64,000 nucleotides of DNA from the human T2T-CHM13v2.0 reference genome, Homo sapiens: the NCBI RefSeq assembly GCF_009914755.1, contig NC_060928.1; one strand, given 5' to 3'. The notes under the pieces are model-generated. The model had not been told where the DNA came from. It worked only from the letters and a program-made list of their open reading frames with translations, and did no database searches. The stretch's first letter is position 1. Each line of letters starts with the position of its first letter. The position numbers and the translations under genes are program-made. Shown here piece by piece: positions 27,467 to 39,862 of the stretch.

Positions 27467-28629
27467 TTTAGCAGCCACGGCAGGCAAGCCCACAGGGAAT
27501 AGATCTGCAGAGATAAAACAGGTTCCAGAGGAGCAATCTGAGACAGCTATTGAATTTCCCAACCCTTCCAGTCTCCCTACAATAGTACCATCAGCTTCTC
27601 CAGCTCCACCATCTCCAGTATATCCTACTCTCCCCTCTTCACTCTTACCTCTGCAGGAAATGCCTGATAGAAATGGTGCCATGAGAGTTCAAGTTCCCTT
27701 CTCATTATAAGACCTTAAGCAAATAAAGGGAGACTTATGCTGATTTTCTGATGACCCCATTAGGTATATAGAAATTTTCCAAAATTTAACTCAGATGTTT
27801 GACTCCACAAGGTGGGATGTTATGTTGCTGCTAAGTCAGACCCTCACTGCAGCTGAAAAGGAGGCCGTTCTGAAGGCAGCAGAAAAATGCAGAGACAAGA
27901 AACATGCCTCCCATAGCAGATCAAGGGGAAAAGGGGATAGGGAAGGTGAGGAAGAAGTGGAAACTCCATTTCCACTAGTAAGGGAAGCAGTTCCAGTAGA
28001 CAACCTGGATTGAAACTCCGATAACCCAAGAGATGAATGGAAAAGGAAGCACTTTTTAAGGTACATATAGGGGGCCTCCAGAAAACCAGGGACCAACCTC
28101 TCAATTACTCTAAACTGTCCATGATAGACCAAAGACCAGATGAGAATCTCACAGCCTTTATGGAAAAGCTGAGAGAGGTACACACCTCTTTATCCCCTGA
28201 TTCAGTTGAGAACAGCTCATCCTGAAGGACAAGTTTATTACATAGGCAGCTCCTGATATTAGAAGGAAACTACTAAAGCAAGCTGTAGGACCAGAGAGCA
28301 GTGCAGAAAACCTCCTGAGAATAGCCTCTTTGGTCTTTTACAATAGGGATCTAGAAGAGGTCCAAGGCAAGGAGAGGAAATACAAGAGAAGGACAGAGGC
28401 TTTAGTGGCAGTGTTGCAAGCTTGCAAAGTCCAGGATCCCTGAGATTCATCCGCTAGCTGTTATTGATGTGGCAAGTCAGGGCATTCTAAGAAGGAATGT
28501 CCAGGCAGCAAGACAAAGCCACCTTGGCCCTGTCCAGCCTGTGGCAGAAACCACTGGAGATGGATCTGCCCCTGGAGGCAGAGTTCACTGGGTGAAGAAT
28601 CAGTCTCACAAATGGTCCAGCAGGACTGA
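27467..28629 (+). pseudogene. gag: gag relic (CA and NC), 5' part deleted
   Basis: FDSTRWDVMLLLSQTLT; NYSKLSMIDQRPDENLTAFMEKLRE (MHR); Zn knuckle CY*CGKSGHSKKEC at ~28459; ends QMVQQD-TGA; several stops and frameshifts. Confidence 0.9.
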
Positions 28630-31600
28630 CAGGTCCTGGGGCTCAAACCCCTGGCTCAGGCTGCCATTACAGCACAGGAACCTTGGGTGATTCTGGAGAC
28701 TGAAGGAGGGAAGGCAGATCTTCTGGATACTGAAGCCAGTGTCTCTCTCCTCCTCTCTAATCCAGGGCTCCCCTCTTCCCATAGCATGACCGATAGGGGT
28801 GTCTCAGGAAAAACTCTAACCCGATACTTTGCTCAATGCCTTAGTTGCAGATGGGGGACGTACTATCTACACATGCCTTGTAAATCATGCCTGAAAGTCC
28901 CCCTCCTTTACTAGGCAGAGGAGCATCCTTATGCCTAGTGGGGACCAGCATCCTTATAGCCTCAGGACAAATGGTTTATCTCCCCCTGATGGAAGCTAAC
29001 ATTAATCCAGAAATGTAGGCAACTCAAGAATAGGTCTAGCTGTAACTGCTAGGCCAGTCCAAACCTATTTTAAATATCCCACTACTTTTCTAACCAGAAA
29101 CAGTATCTCCTGAGGCCAGAGGCTAGGAAAGGGCTAAAAACCATTATTAATAACCTAAAGATGCATGGTCTCCTCAAACTCTGTAATAGCCCCTTGCAAC
29201 ACCCAATATTAGGAGTGCAGAAACCCAATGGGGAATGGAGATAGTTCAGGACCTCTGCCTTATTAAAGAAGCTGTAGTTCCAATCCATCCAGTGGTGCCT
29301 AATCCCTAGACCCTGTTAACTCAAATACCTGAGGGAACTAAATGGCTTACAGTCCTAGATTTAAAGGATGCCTTTTTCTGCATAAGATTACATCTAGACT
29401 CTCATACCTGTTTGCATTCAAAGATGCCTCTGGCAAGACCGCACAGTTAACATGGATGGTGCTGCCTCAGGGATTTTGAGATAGTCCTCACCTGTTTGGA
29501 CAGGCACTGTCAAAAGACTTCTCTGAGTTATCTCATCCCCAAGTTAGGCTCTTGCAGTATATTGATGATGTTCTGCTCTGTGCCCCAACTAAGGAAGCTT
29601 CTCAGAAAGGCCCTAACGCTCTTCTCAACTTCTTAGCTAACAGAGGATATAAGTTTCAAAACCCAAGGCCCAGCTTTGGAAAACCTCAGTGAAGTGCCTA
29701 GGCTTAGTGCCATCTAAGGGGACCAGAGCATTAGGGGAAGAAAGCATTAAGCCTATTTCTTCCTTTCCTCTCCCCAAAACCCTCAAGCAACTAAGAGGAT
29801 TTTGTAGACAATGGATATCTGGGTATGGTGAAATAGCTTATCCATTATACAACCTCATAAAAGAAACTCAGAGAGTTAAAACTAATCTTTTAACCTGGGA
29901 ATCTGAAGCACAAAAGGCCTTTAACCAGCTAAAACAAGGCTTGCTTAAGGCACCAGCTCTCAGCCTCCCTGTAGGGAAGGCCTTCAATCTGTATGTATCA
30001 GAAAAGAAGGGAATGGCTCCGGGAGTCTCAACACAGACCCAAGGACCAGATCAACAGCCAGTGGGTTACCTAAGTAAGGAACTAGATTTGGTGGCTACAG
30101 GATAGCTAGCATGCTTCCAAGTCATTGCCTCAGTGGCTCTGCTGATCCAGAAGCCTCCAAATTAACCCTAGGAAATGATTTAACTGTTTACACCCCACAC
30201 AATGTGGCAGGACTATTGCACTATAGGGGGAGCCTTTGGCTAACAGAGAGCCAACTCCTTAACTATCAGGCCCTGCTGTTAGAGGGTTCCCACATCCAGT
30301 TAAAGACTTGTTCTCACCTAAATCCAGGCAATTTCCTCCCCAAGGAAACTGGGGAACCTGAGCATAAGTGTGAACAAGTCACAGTACAGACCTATGCAGC
30401 CAGGGAAGATCTCAGGGAAACTCCACCAGACAATCCAGACTGGACCCTCTTCACAGATGTGAGCTGTTTTGCAGAACAAGGGATCCGTAAGGCAGGATAC
30501 ACTGTAGTCACTCTAAATGACGTCATTGAAAGTGCATCTCTCCCTCCAGGCACAAGCGCTCAATTAGCTGAGCTAATAGCTCTTACAAGAGCAATTGAAT
30601 TAAGCAAAGGAAAGGCAGCTAACATTTACACTGACTCCAAGTATACTTTCCTGGTTCTCCATAATCATGCTGCCATTTGGAAGGAAAGACATTTTCTTAC
30701 CACCAATGAGTCTCCTATAAAATATCACCTGGAAATTAATAGGTTATTATCCTCAGTATTCCTTCCACAAGAGATAGCAGTGATGCATTTTAAGGGCATC
30801 AAAAGGGAACAGATTAGGCAGCTGAAGAACATAGATTAGCTGATCAGGCAGCTAAGTCAGCGGCAAGGAAGCCTCAAAACATCAATACACTTCAAACCCC
30901 TCTAGTCTTGGAGGGCTCCATAACAGAAACTAAACCTCAATACTGCCCTATAGAAATAGAATGGGCCACTTCTTGAGGGTATACATTTCAGCCCTCAGGA
31001 TGGTTATAGTCAGAGGATGGCAAACTCCACTTGCCAGCCTCCAGCCAATGGAAAGCCCTTAAAAATCCTTCACCAAACTTTTCACTTGGGAAAGGATAAA
31101 ACTTATCAGTATGCCCAGAGATTGTTTTCAGGAGAGAACTTACTAAAAACAGTCAAGTAAGTTGTTAACGCTTGTAAAGTCTGTTTTAAAAATAATCCCC
31201 TGAACAGGCAACTCCTTCCTCCTCAAACCCAAAAAATAGGAAGTCATCTGGAGGAAGACTGGTAGATAGACCTCACCCATGTGTCAAGGACAAAGGGTAT
31301 TAAATGCCTGGTGGTATGGGTAGTTACCTCCACTAACTGGGTAGAAGCATTTTCATGCCATATAGAAAAAGTCTCTGAGGTAATAAAAGTGTTAGTTAAT
31401 GAAATAACTCCCTGCCTTGGTCTACCTAAGTACCTTTGAAGTGACAATGGGCCCTCGTTTAAGGCAGCTGTCCCACAAGGGGTCTCAAAAGCACTAGGCA
31501 TAGAATATCATTGCCATTGTGCTTGGAGACCCCAATCCTCAGGAAAGGTAGATAAAACTAATGATATTATCAAGAGACACCTCAGAAAATTATCGCAAGT

Positions 31601-32099
31601 AAATCACCTTCCTTGGGTCACTCTTCTTCCCATGGTCTTACTATGAATAAGAAACACCCCTTCAAAATTAGGTCTTAGCCCTTTTGAGTTGCTGAACAGA
31701 TGGCCTTTCTTTACCAATGATTTTCTATTAGATCGGGAAACCTCTGAGCTAGTTAAGCATGTAACCTCTCTGGCTCCCTTCCAACAGGAATTGGCACAAT
31801 TAGTGAAAGCCAATTTCCCGGAAATTGGACAACCTCTATTTAACCCATGAGATATAGTACTGGTAAAGGCTCTCTCTTCTCTCTCTCCCTCCCTAAGCTC
31901 AAGCTGGGAAGGGCCTTACACTGTTCTTCTTTCAACCCCCTCAGCAATATAAGTTACAGGAATTGACTCTTGCATACATCACACTCAAGTCAAAGCCTGG
32001 AGAGCTGAGGGAGTAACCCCTGGCAGCCCAGAGGAATGTCCTGAATATCAATGTGGTGAAATAGGAGATCTTAAGCTGAAAATCACACACAAAAAATAA
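28630..32099 (+). pseudogene. pol: pro-pol relic (PR, RT, RNase H, IN)
   Basis: LLDTEAS (PR); LDLKDAF, LPQG ~29462, QYIDD ~29556 (RT); WTLFTDVS, SAQLAELIAL, NIYTDSKY (RNase H); SDNGPSF, WRPQSSGKV, WEGPYTV (IN); disrupted. Confidence 0.93.
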
Positions 32100-32207
32100 G
32101 CAATTGAGTGAGAACTACTTATCTTACTCAGTCTCACTCCTACCTCACCAAATACTTTTTGTCATTTCTACCTCTCCTTTTGAGCCAAATATTAGAACTT
32201 CTTTTAG

Positions 32208-32384
32208 ATGGAAATTATGTACTATGCCATCCTTGCGGGAATTGCTATCCTCACTCTATTTGCAGTGGGACTATATACTGTAGCACCCTCAGTGTGGAAT
32301 ATTAGAAAGAGAATCTCAATTACTATAGCATTTTGCTTAATTATTATCCTCATAGTAGTAATAACTGTTACTAACAAGAAGTAA
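32208..32384 (+). CDS. Putative 58-aa two-transmembrane ORF between pol and env (hypothetical accessory protein)
   Basis: Hand translation MEIMYYAILAGIAILTLFAVGLYTVAPSVWNIRKRISITIAFCLIIILIVVITVTNKK*; preceded by cttcttttag; stop lies 2 nt before the env ATG; expression not shown. Confidence 0.45.
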   Translation: MEIMYYAILAGIAILTLFAVGLYTVAPSVWNIRKRISITIAFCLIIILIVVITVTNKK

Positions 32385-32386
32385 AC

Positions 32387-34268
32387 ATGAGCATTTTGCT
32401 ATCACTAAGTCTGTTAGGACTTTTTATACAACTTAGTAATACATCACACCATTTAGCTCCTACAATATCTGCCATGGCCCATTCGTACAATAAGACTAAT
32501 TGTTGAGTTTCTCCTAAGTGGTTTGCTCAGTTCAATGACATTAAGGAACCTTACAATGACCTGGATCTCACCATCTTAGGATTCCCTTTGTTGGCTTTCC
32601 CTTTAACCCTTAAAGACTTATCAGGCATAAATTGGGCAAGGTATGGGAGCACTTACAATTAGGTGACTAATTCCCCTCAGAGAACACTGGGCCCCCAAGT
32701 GCCAAAGAACACTCTCCCCAAAGATAAACTTCACACCCTTAGGCTGGGGAAAGTTGACAAAGTAATAGCAAACACCTCCCTCGGCTTCAAAAGCAGTGGG
32801 AAGGACCATACGTGGGAGATCTCAGATATTGTAACATCACACTTGTAATTGCTGATAGTTCAAAGATTTGGGGAGGAGAGCGCAAAAAGGGTAATATAAA
32901 AGGATCAGAAGCCCTAGAGGGGGCTTTCAGAATCTAGCTTCTCCTCCTGGTTGGAAGTCCCAATGGGAATGGCATGCTCTAAATAACCACCTTGACTATA
33001 ATGTAAAGAATAACACATGGGCCTTTCCAAACATTCCCCCCGATAGAATTCCAGACTCTTGTATGATGTTTGCTAATAGTAGCAGGTTACAGATCTATAG
33101 GCAAACTGGAGACATCTGGACTAAGAGCCCTTGCCACAAGGATGATCATCTAAGATATTGGCCAGCGCATATGATGTCTCTAATGTTTTGAAACTCCATT
33201 TGTCAAGTGGATCCTTCTCACTTGGTATGTCAAATTCCAAACAGCATCGTAAATGACTATCTTAAATATTTGATTTCCTTATCCCAAGGATGCCCCTATT
33301 GTATGTAAAGAGGGGAAACTTCTAAGATATGAGGAAAATTTGCTGGTGTCTCTCACAAGCCACAACTTAAAACCGTCCCTTCAAGGAACAGGGCTAGATT
33401 TCCTTTGTGGCTCCTGGATACGCTTAATTATCCAAAGGCATTGGAAGGGAACTTGTACTATAGTAGTAGTAGCTCTTGACTTATTATTTTTAAATTCTAC
33501 CGAGATGGCAGCATCATCTGTGGACATCCCTAACGTAGGATCTTTTCTAGAAACTGCACTATCTCAAACACGCTGGACAAAGAAATCTATCATTTCCATG
33601 CCCTCATATGGAGATTTAACTGAAAGGCAGACTGGAGAGGGCATGCAAATGACAGTCCCATCTTGAAAAACCATAGATGGGAAATTCTATAGCCAAGGTC
33701 TATTCTGGTTTACGGGCATCCCTCTCCTTGAAAGATCAGTACTTAATATACCTATTATGATGCATTGAGGTTGGAAGTCAACTGTAAGGGCCATAGAGGC
33801 AAAATAACAATCTATAGATCCTTTAGTCTCAGTAGTAGCACAAAATAGATGGCGGGTCATGGATGTCCTTACAGCTGAAGTAGGAGGCACCTGTGCACTT
33901 TTAAATAAAATGCACTGCTTCTAGATTAACACCCCTAGTAAAGTAGGGGAAAATCTACAGGTACTTAAAGATGGCATCAAAATTATTGACAGGCTAAGAG
34001 AAAATGCAGGCTTCAGCCCCAGGTGGCTACAATCCCTCTTTAATGAATTCCAGTCTTCTTTATGGAATTGGTTAGCTCCTTTTTTAAGCCCCTTCTTGCT
34101 TATATGTCTTGTATTAATATTTGGAGCTTGTATACACAATACTATAACTTGAATTGTTTCCTCTTGCATAGAAGCAAAATCAAATTCCAAATGGTGCTGC
34201 AAACCAAACGATGCATGGACACTCCATTCTTCCAAGGACTCTTAGATCGACCCCAGGAGGAACCCTAG
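32387..34268 (+). pseudogene. env: env relic (SU and TM)
   Basis: Signal peptide MSILLSLSLLGLFIQL; KTNC*V (decayed CWxC); FLCGSW...WKGTCT; immunosuppressive-domain-like AQNR..MDVLTAEVGGTCALL at ~33838; ends LDRPQEEP*. Confidence 0.88.
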
Positions 34269-34371
34269 CTTCTGTCCCCACTCTACGCCCCTTTCCAGAA
34301 GAAGTATCCAGAAAGAGGTGTCGCCCAAAACCCCCTAATAGCAGTTAGGGTGACATCTTCTCAGGGGGCAG

Positions 34372-34989
34372 TATTATAGGAGTTATTAAGAAGTTATTTT
34401 AGGCAGATAGAGAGAATAAGGGGTCCTTGGTAAGGCCTTTTTTTCTTTTAAAGCAGCTCGAGAAACTTTTCTTTTCTAGCAGAAAAAGGGCTTGAAGGGC
34501 TAGGCAGGCAAGCTTTGATATGCAAATGCTGGCCATTAGAAATTGGGTCCATCCAATATGGCAATTCCCGCCTTTTTCCTCTGACAACATGTGTGCCAAG
34601 CATCATGGCCACCCCCAGATACTTCCACGTGTGTAAAATATCACGACACTGTGCATTTGCATATTAAAATGTTACAGTGAGAGGAACAGTTTTTTCGTGG
34701 GTTACGTGAATGACATTCCTTGTCAAACCAATCCCCTGGGCCCTAGGTAAATCAGACACTTCTTCCTCCAGCCTCCTAATATAACCAACTGTTTTCTGTC
34801 ACACTCACAGTTTGTTCTGTCAGCTTGGAGCTCCCCTCCCTCTGTCTAATACAGGGGAACTTCTTCCTTCTTTCCTGCCTATTAAACTCTCTGCTCCCTA
34901 AAACCACTCCACGTATGTCTATGTAGTTTTACCTGAATTGGCTCAAGGTAAAGGACACTGGTGTTCCTCCAGTCATTAGAGCCATATCA
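34372..34989 (+). promoter_or_regulatory. 3' LTR (complete, ~618 bp)
   Basis: Octamers at 34520 (ATGCAAAT) and 34655 (ATTTGCAT); polyA signal ATTAAA 34881-34886; ends ...gccatatca. Confidence 0.88.
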
Positions 34990-35009
34990 TGTTCATTTGT
35001 TACATATTC

Positions 35010-37499
35010 CAGAGGTCTGGAATCCTGGCAGCTGGAAACCTAGCAACCCCCACAGACACTTGAGCTGGAAAGGAAGACTGCTTAGAGAGGCAGTAGGGTC
35101 AGGACTGCAGCCTGTGCAGAGCCCAGCAGGTTTGGTGCAGGAACATATGCAGTGGAGCATGGCCAGAGATGCCCATCCCCCAAGGCTCACCATGGTCCTC
35201 TGGAAGACTTTAGCCGCAGGAGGATGTTGGAGCAAGACAGAGCAGAGCAGTCTTGCCAGTGAGATGGGGCCAGTTTGGTCTTGGTGCCCCATGTCTGCTG
35301 GCCACTCCCAGGACCCCAGCCTGGCCATGTCCACTTGCCATGCAGTCTCTGATGCCCAACCAGGGTGCATCCCAGAGGCCCACATCATAGCTCCTTCACT
35401 GGAAGACCACGCCTGACCATCAGCGCTCCAGCAGAATGGCACCCACTGATAGCATCAGCCCACCTGCACCCTCCCCCAGCACCGCTTTGTCAGCATGCAC
35501 TCACTCACAGCCACCCCTCCTCTGCTTTGCCTTGAGCTTGTGTGTGGGCAGACATTGCTTCCTTCCCCTTGCAAGGGCAGTGTGTGCCCATGCCCCCTGC
35601 TACACCACTACTGCTGGCATGAGTGTACTCCATCCCCCTCCACCACCACTGCACCACTGGTGTGAACACATGCCCAGATAGATGCCAGCGATTTTGCCCA
35701 CTCTCTGTGCGGCCATCACTGCTGGCACCAACAAGCACACAGACATCAACAACACTGTCCCCCACCCTGAGCAACAACCACTACTGCTGCAAAAGCACAC
35801 ACAAAGGAAAGCCAGCATCCTCAGGTGAACCAGTGTCCTGCATCCTCTGCTGCTGCCTCCACCGGCATCAGCATGTACATGAAGGCCACAGCCCCTTCCC
35901 AACTGGTACCCCAGCCCAGCCAACACACATGCACCCTGCGGTACTGCCACTGCTCCTCTCACACATGAATGAGCACAGACCTCATTGCTACTGCCCCAAT
36001 GATGTTTTTTGGTCAGCACCACCCATCAGAGTGTTGTGGCCAGTGGTCTGAAAATACTTTGACCCCCCTAACACATCAGGATCATAACCTCCAGGGTTCA
36101 AAGAACAAAGCTGGGGCCCTAATAATAGAGTTAGAGCATGCAGCCCAGAAGTGCGGAGCTGAGCCTTGGCTGCCTAAAATCATATAAAATTGAAGCCAGT
36201 CCACTATAACTACCTCTTGCCACGATCAAACCATTAAGGGCATAAAAAAAGATAAAATCAAAAGAACCCATTTAAAGGATGCAAGGTTGGTTCAACACAT
36301 GCAAATCAATAAATGTGATTTATCACATAAACAGATGTAAAGACAAAAACCACATCATCATCTCAATAGATGCAGAAAAGACTTTCAATAAAACTAAACA
36401 TCACTTCAGGTTAGAAACCCTCAACAAACTAGGCATTGAAGGAATATACTTCAAAATGGTAAGAAGTATAACATCTGTGCCATCTATAACAAGCCCACAG
36501 CCAACATCAGACAAATGGGCAAAAGCTGGAACCATTCCCATTAAAAACCAGCACAAGACAAGGATACTCTCTCCCACAACTCCTATTTAACATAGTACTG
36601 AAAGTCCTAGCCAGAGCATTCAGGCAAGAGAAAGAAATAAAGGTATCCAACTAGGAAAAGAAGAAGTCAAACTATCCATGTTTGCAGATGAAATGATTCT
36701 ATACCTAGAAAACCCCACGGTCTCAGTCCCGAAACTCCTTGATCTGATAAAGAACTTCAGCAAAGTTTCAGGATACAGAATCAGTGTAGAAAAATCAACA
36801 GCTTTTCTTCATGCCAATAACGTCTAAGCTGGCAGCCAAATCAGGAATGCAACTCCATTTACAATAGTCATAAAAAGAATAAAATACTCGAGAATACAGC
36901 TAACCAGGAGGTGAAAGCTGTCTTCAATGAAAACTACAAAACATGCTCAAAGAAATCAAAGCCGACACAAACAAATAGAAAAACATTCCATTCTCATGGA
37001 TAGGAAGAATCAACTTTGTTAAAATGGCCATACTGCTCAGAGAAATATACAGCTTCAATGCTATTCCTATCAAACTATCAATGACATTCATTATTCACAG
37101 AGTTAGAAAAGGCCACTTTAGGCTGGACGTGGTGGCTCCTGCCTTTAATCCCAGCACTTTGGGAGGCCGAGAAGGGCGGATCATGAGGTCAGGAGTTCGA
37201 GACCAGCCTGACCAACAGGGTGAAACCCCCGTCTCTACTAAAAATACAAAAATTAGCTGGGCATGATGGTAGGTGCCTGTAATCCCAGCTACTCAGGAGG
37301 CTGAGGCAAAATAATCGTTTGAACCTGGGAGGGGGAGGTTGCAGTGAGCCAAGATCATGTCATTGCACTCCAGCCTGGGCCATGAGACTCCGTCTCAAAA
37401 AAAAAAAAAAAAAAAAAAAAAGACCATTTTAAAATTTATATGGAACCAAAAATGAAAGTCAAAATAGCCAAAGCAATCATAAGTAAAAAGAACAAAGCT
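35010..37499 (+). mobile_element. Older L1 (L1PB/L1M-like): GC-rich 5' region joined directly to the ORF2 RT segment; interrupted by an Alu
   Basis: ORF2 [18 protein letters not shown]...ISIDAEKTF from 36279; [12 protein letters not shown] at ~36680; 5'UTR assignment of 35010-36275 is from recall. Confidence 0.75.
37121..37421 (+). mobile_element. Full-length AluS (Sg-like)
   Basis: Both arms, linker taaaaatacaaaaatta, ~A25 tail; imperfect TSD aaaaggccacttta / aaaagaccatttta. Confidence 0.95.
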
Positions 37500-37703
37500 G
37501 GCCAGGTGTGGTGGCAAACACCTGTAATCCCAGCACTTTGGGAGGCCGAGGCAGGTGGATCATGAGGTCAGGAGATTGAGACCATCCTGGGTAACACAGT
37601 GAAACCCTGTCTCTACTAAAAAATATAGAAAAATTGGCCGAGCTTGGTGGCGTGCGCCTGTGGTCCCAGCTACTCTGGAGGCTGAGGCAGGAGAATGGTG
37701 TGA
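37500..37703 (+). mobile_element. 3'-truncated AluY-like element
   Basis: gagaccatcctgggtaacac and ggagaatggtgtga are AluY-type; stops abruptly with no tail. Confidence 0.88.
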
Positions 37704-38000
37704 CAAATATGACAAAGACAAATATGACAGAATATGAACAAGGATATAACCAAGAAAACTAAGTAACTTTATTTAAAGATATTATATAACATTTGAATTA
37801 ATGGGGACCTAACTCATGTTCTTAGATAGGAAGACCAAATATCAAACTGTGTCAATTTTCTAATTGACCACTAGATTGAATGCAATACCAATTTAATATC
37901 TCTCAGCAATAATTTCCTTTTATAGAATTTGTCAAGCTGATTCTAAAATATATGTGGAAAGAGCAAAGGTCTAAGATGTTCCAAGTTTTGTTACATACAT

Positions 38001-38210
38001 CAGTGGCCCTGAAATCACTTTTGTTAAAATGGTTCTTTAATATGCATCAGAATTACCCGGAGTTGGAGAATAAGTTTTTAAGCATAGATTTCTGGACTCC
38101 AACCTGAGTGTTTCTCAGTCTGGAATGGAGCCTGAGAATTTGTATTTCTGACAAGTTCCCAGGTTACGCTAATGGTGCTGGTCTAGACTACCCTTTTTGA
38201 ACAAATGCTA
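38001..38210. mobile_element. MER5A DNA transposon
   Basis: tgcatcagaattaccc...ggagcctgagaatttgtatttctgacaagttcccaggt. Confidence 0.75.
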
Positions 38211-39476
38211 TATAAGTGTACTGACTGTATGTATTTGTAGAACTTCCATTACTTTCATTGTAGCATAATGATAAAAATCCTAGACTCATGAGAAAGACAC
38301 AGGGATTCTGATGTTTAATGTGCCAGTTACTCTCAATGTACTATAGGCTCTCAGCTTGCTCACCTGTGAAATAAATAGATTGGGTAAAATGACCTTTCTT
38401 CATGTTGAATTCTTGGTATCACTTTATAACCACGACCTTGGTCACACAGTAAAATGTAGTTTGATTATATATCAATGCACAAAAATGGGTTGGCTATTAT
38501 TGTCCCTTTTGGTTTGTTTCTATTTCAATGTAGATCAATCTGTTTTTAGGTAGGTAGTATGTACTATTGGAAATCTAGCTACAATCAGAGGTTAAGATGT
38601 TTCTAAAGGTACCATGATTTACTGCAAAAACTATTTCCTGTTGAAATTTCAGGGAATAAAAAAATTCCCTAAAACATATCTAGAATGTCTAATAGACATA
38701 AAAGAAAATACCTTAAAAACTTCAGCCCACTCTTTACTTATTTACTACATTAGAATTCCTAGCGCACCCAAACCATGCCTGAAAGCAGGTTTTGCTCCTG
38801 CTTTCTCAATAGACTCACAATCCCTTGGGACCATTTCCCTCTCAGTGAGCTACATCTCAATCAGTAGACAATTCACCGAGGAGACTCAGTTTGAATTCTT
38901 GCTTCATCTAGTCACACTCAATTGAACATAGAGGCCTGTGATCATTAAAGGCCGCCACTTTCTCCTGACAGTTTCATGGAAGCGATCCAGAGCTACTCAG
39001 TCCCTGAATTTCATATTCCCTTGAAATTGGAGCTGCACAGTGTAGAGCGGTGTGACCTTTTCCTGTAGGCATTTTTCCTCTCTGCAGATTTAAAGGTATA
39101 TATGCACATTAGAGAAATTTCACAAAGGACAATCACATAATAAAATGTGATAGGAAAGGTCATAATATACACCAGATAGTAATTTAATTCAGATAAGGAA
39201 CTCTGCTGTATATATTACTAAATATATGGGATTTCAGAGGCACTTATTTTTTCTGTGATGATTTAAGTAGCCATATCACCTAAATGTTCAAACTGGTTCT
39301 TATTGAAGTAAATATACACTCCAGGTTTTTTGTTTGTTTTTCTTTTTTGAGGAGGTAGAGAATCAGGTTAATTTATAATTTGCTTGATAATTCTCAATTG
39401 ATTTCCAACTGTGGCTCATCCTACATATTTCAAATTACATATTTTTATTTTTTTCATCCTTTTATGTATTATGGCT

Positions 39477-39862
39477 GTGTTAGTCTGTTTTGTGCTGCAG
39501 TGACACAGGCTGGCTAATTTATAATGAATAGAAATTTATTTGGCTAACAGTTCTGGGGGCTGGAAAGTGCAAAATTGAGGGGCCGCTTCCTGGGAGGATT
39601 TCCTTGGTGCATGATCGCGTGGCAGAAGGCAGGAAGGTAGGAGGCCATGTGAGCAAGATAGCAAAAGAGGCCAAACTCATTTTTATGAAAAATTCACTCT
39701 TGTGATAGTAAACCCACTCCCTCAATAATGACATTAATGAATTCATGAAGGCAGAGCCCTTATGACCTGACCACTTCTTAAAGGTCCCACCTCTCGACAC
39801 TGATACATTGGGAATAAAGTTTCCAACATCTGAACTTTGGGGGACACATTCAAACTTCAGCA
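39477..39862 (-). mobile_element. MaLR solo LTR (MSTC/MSTD-like)
   Basis: tgtgttagtctgttttgtgctgc...gaactttggggggacacattcaaacttcagca. Confidence 0.85.

Larger units (their letters stand above)
26996..34989 (+). mobile_element. Defective class I (gamma-like) provirus with PABL-like LTRs: LTR-gag-pro-pol-env-LTR
   Basis: Paired LTRs both start tattataggagttat; gag, pol and env motifs lie in order between them; PPT-like agggggcag precedes the 3' LTR; family name from recalled PABL_A/B consensus. Confidence 0.92.

Noticed and set aside
29689-30839. 138-aa and 242-aa ORFs as a domesticated pol
   Set aside because: Fragments between stops and frameshifts; no complete enzyme reading frame
28000-33930. 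APOBEC3 hypermutation of the PABL-like provirus (Trp-to-stop at ~28010, 29016, 30103, 32504, 33922)
   Set aside because: Most Trp codons are intact and C>T stops also occur; compatible with neutral decay at this age
34961-36187. Cluster of overlapping 70-150-aa ORFs
   Set aside because: GC-rich L1 5' region with low stop density; open on both strands with no recognisable domain
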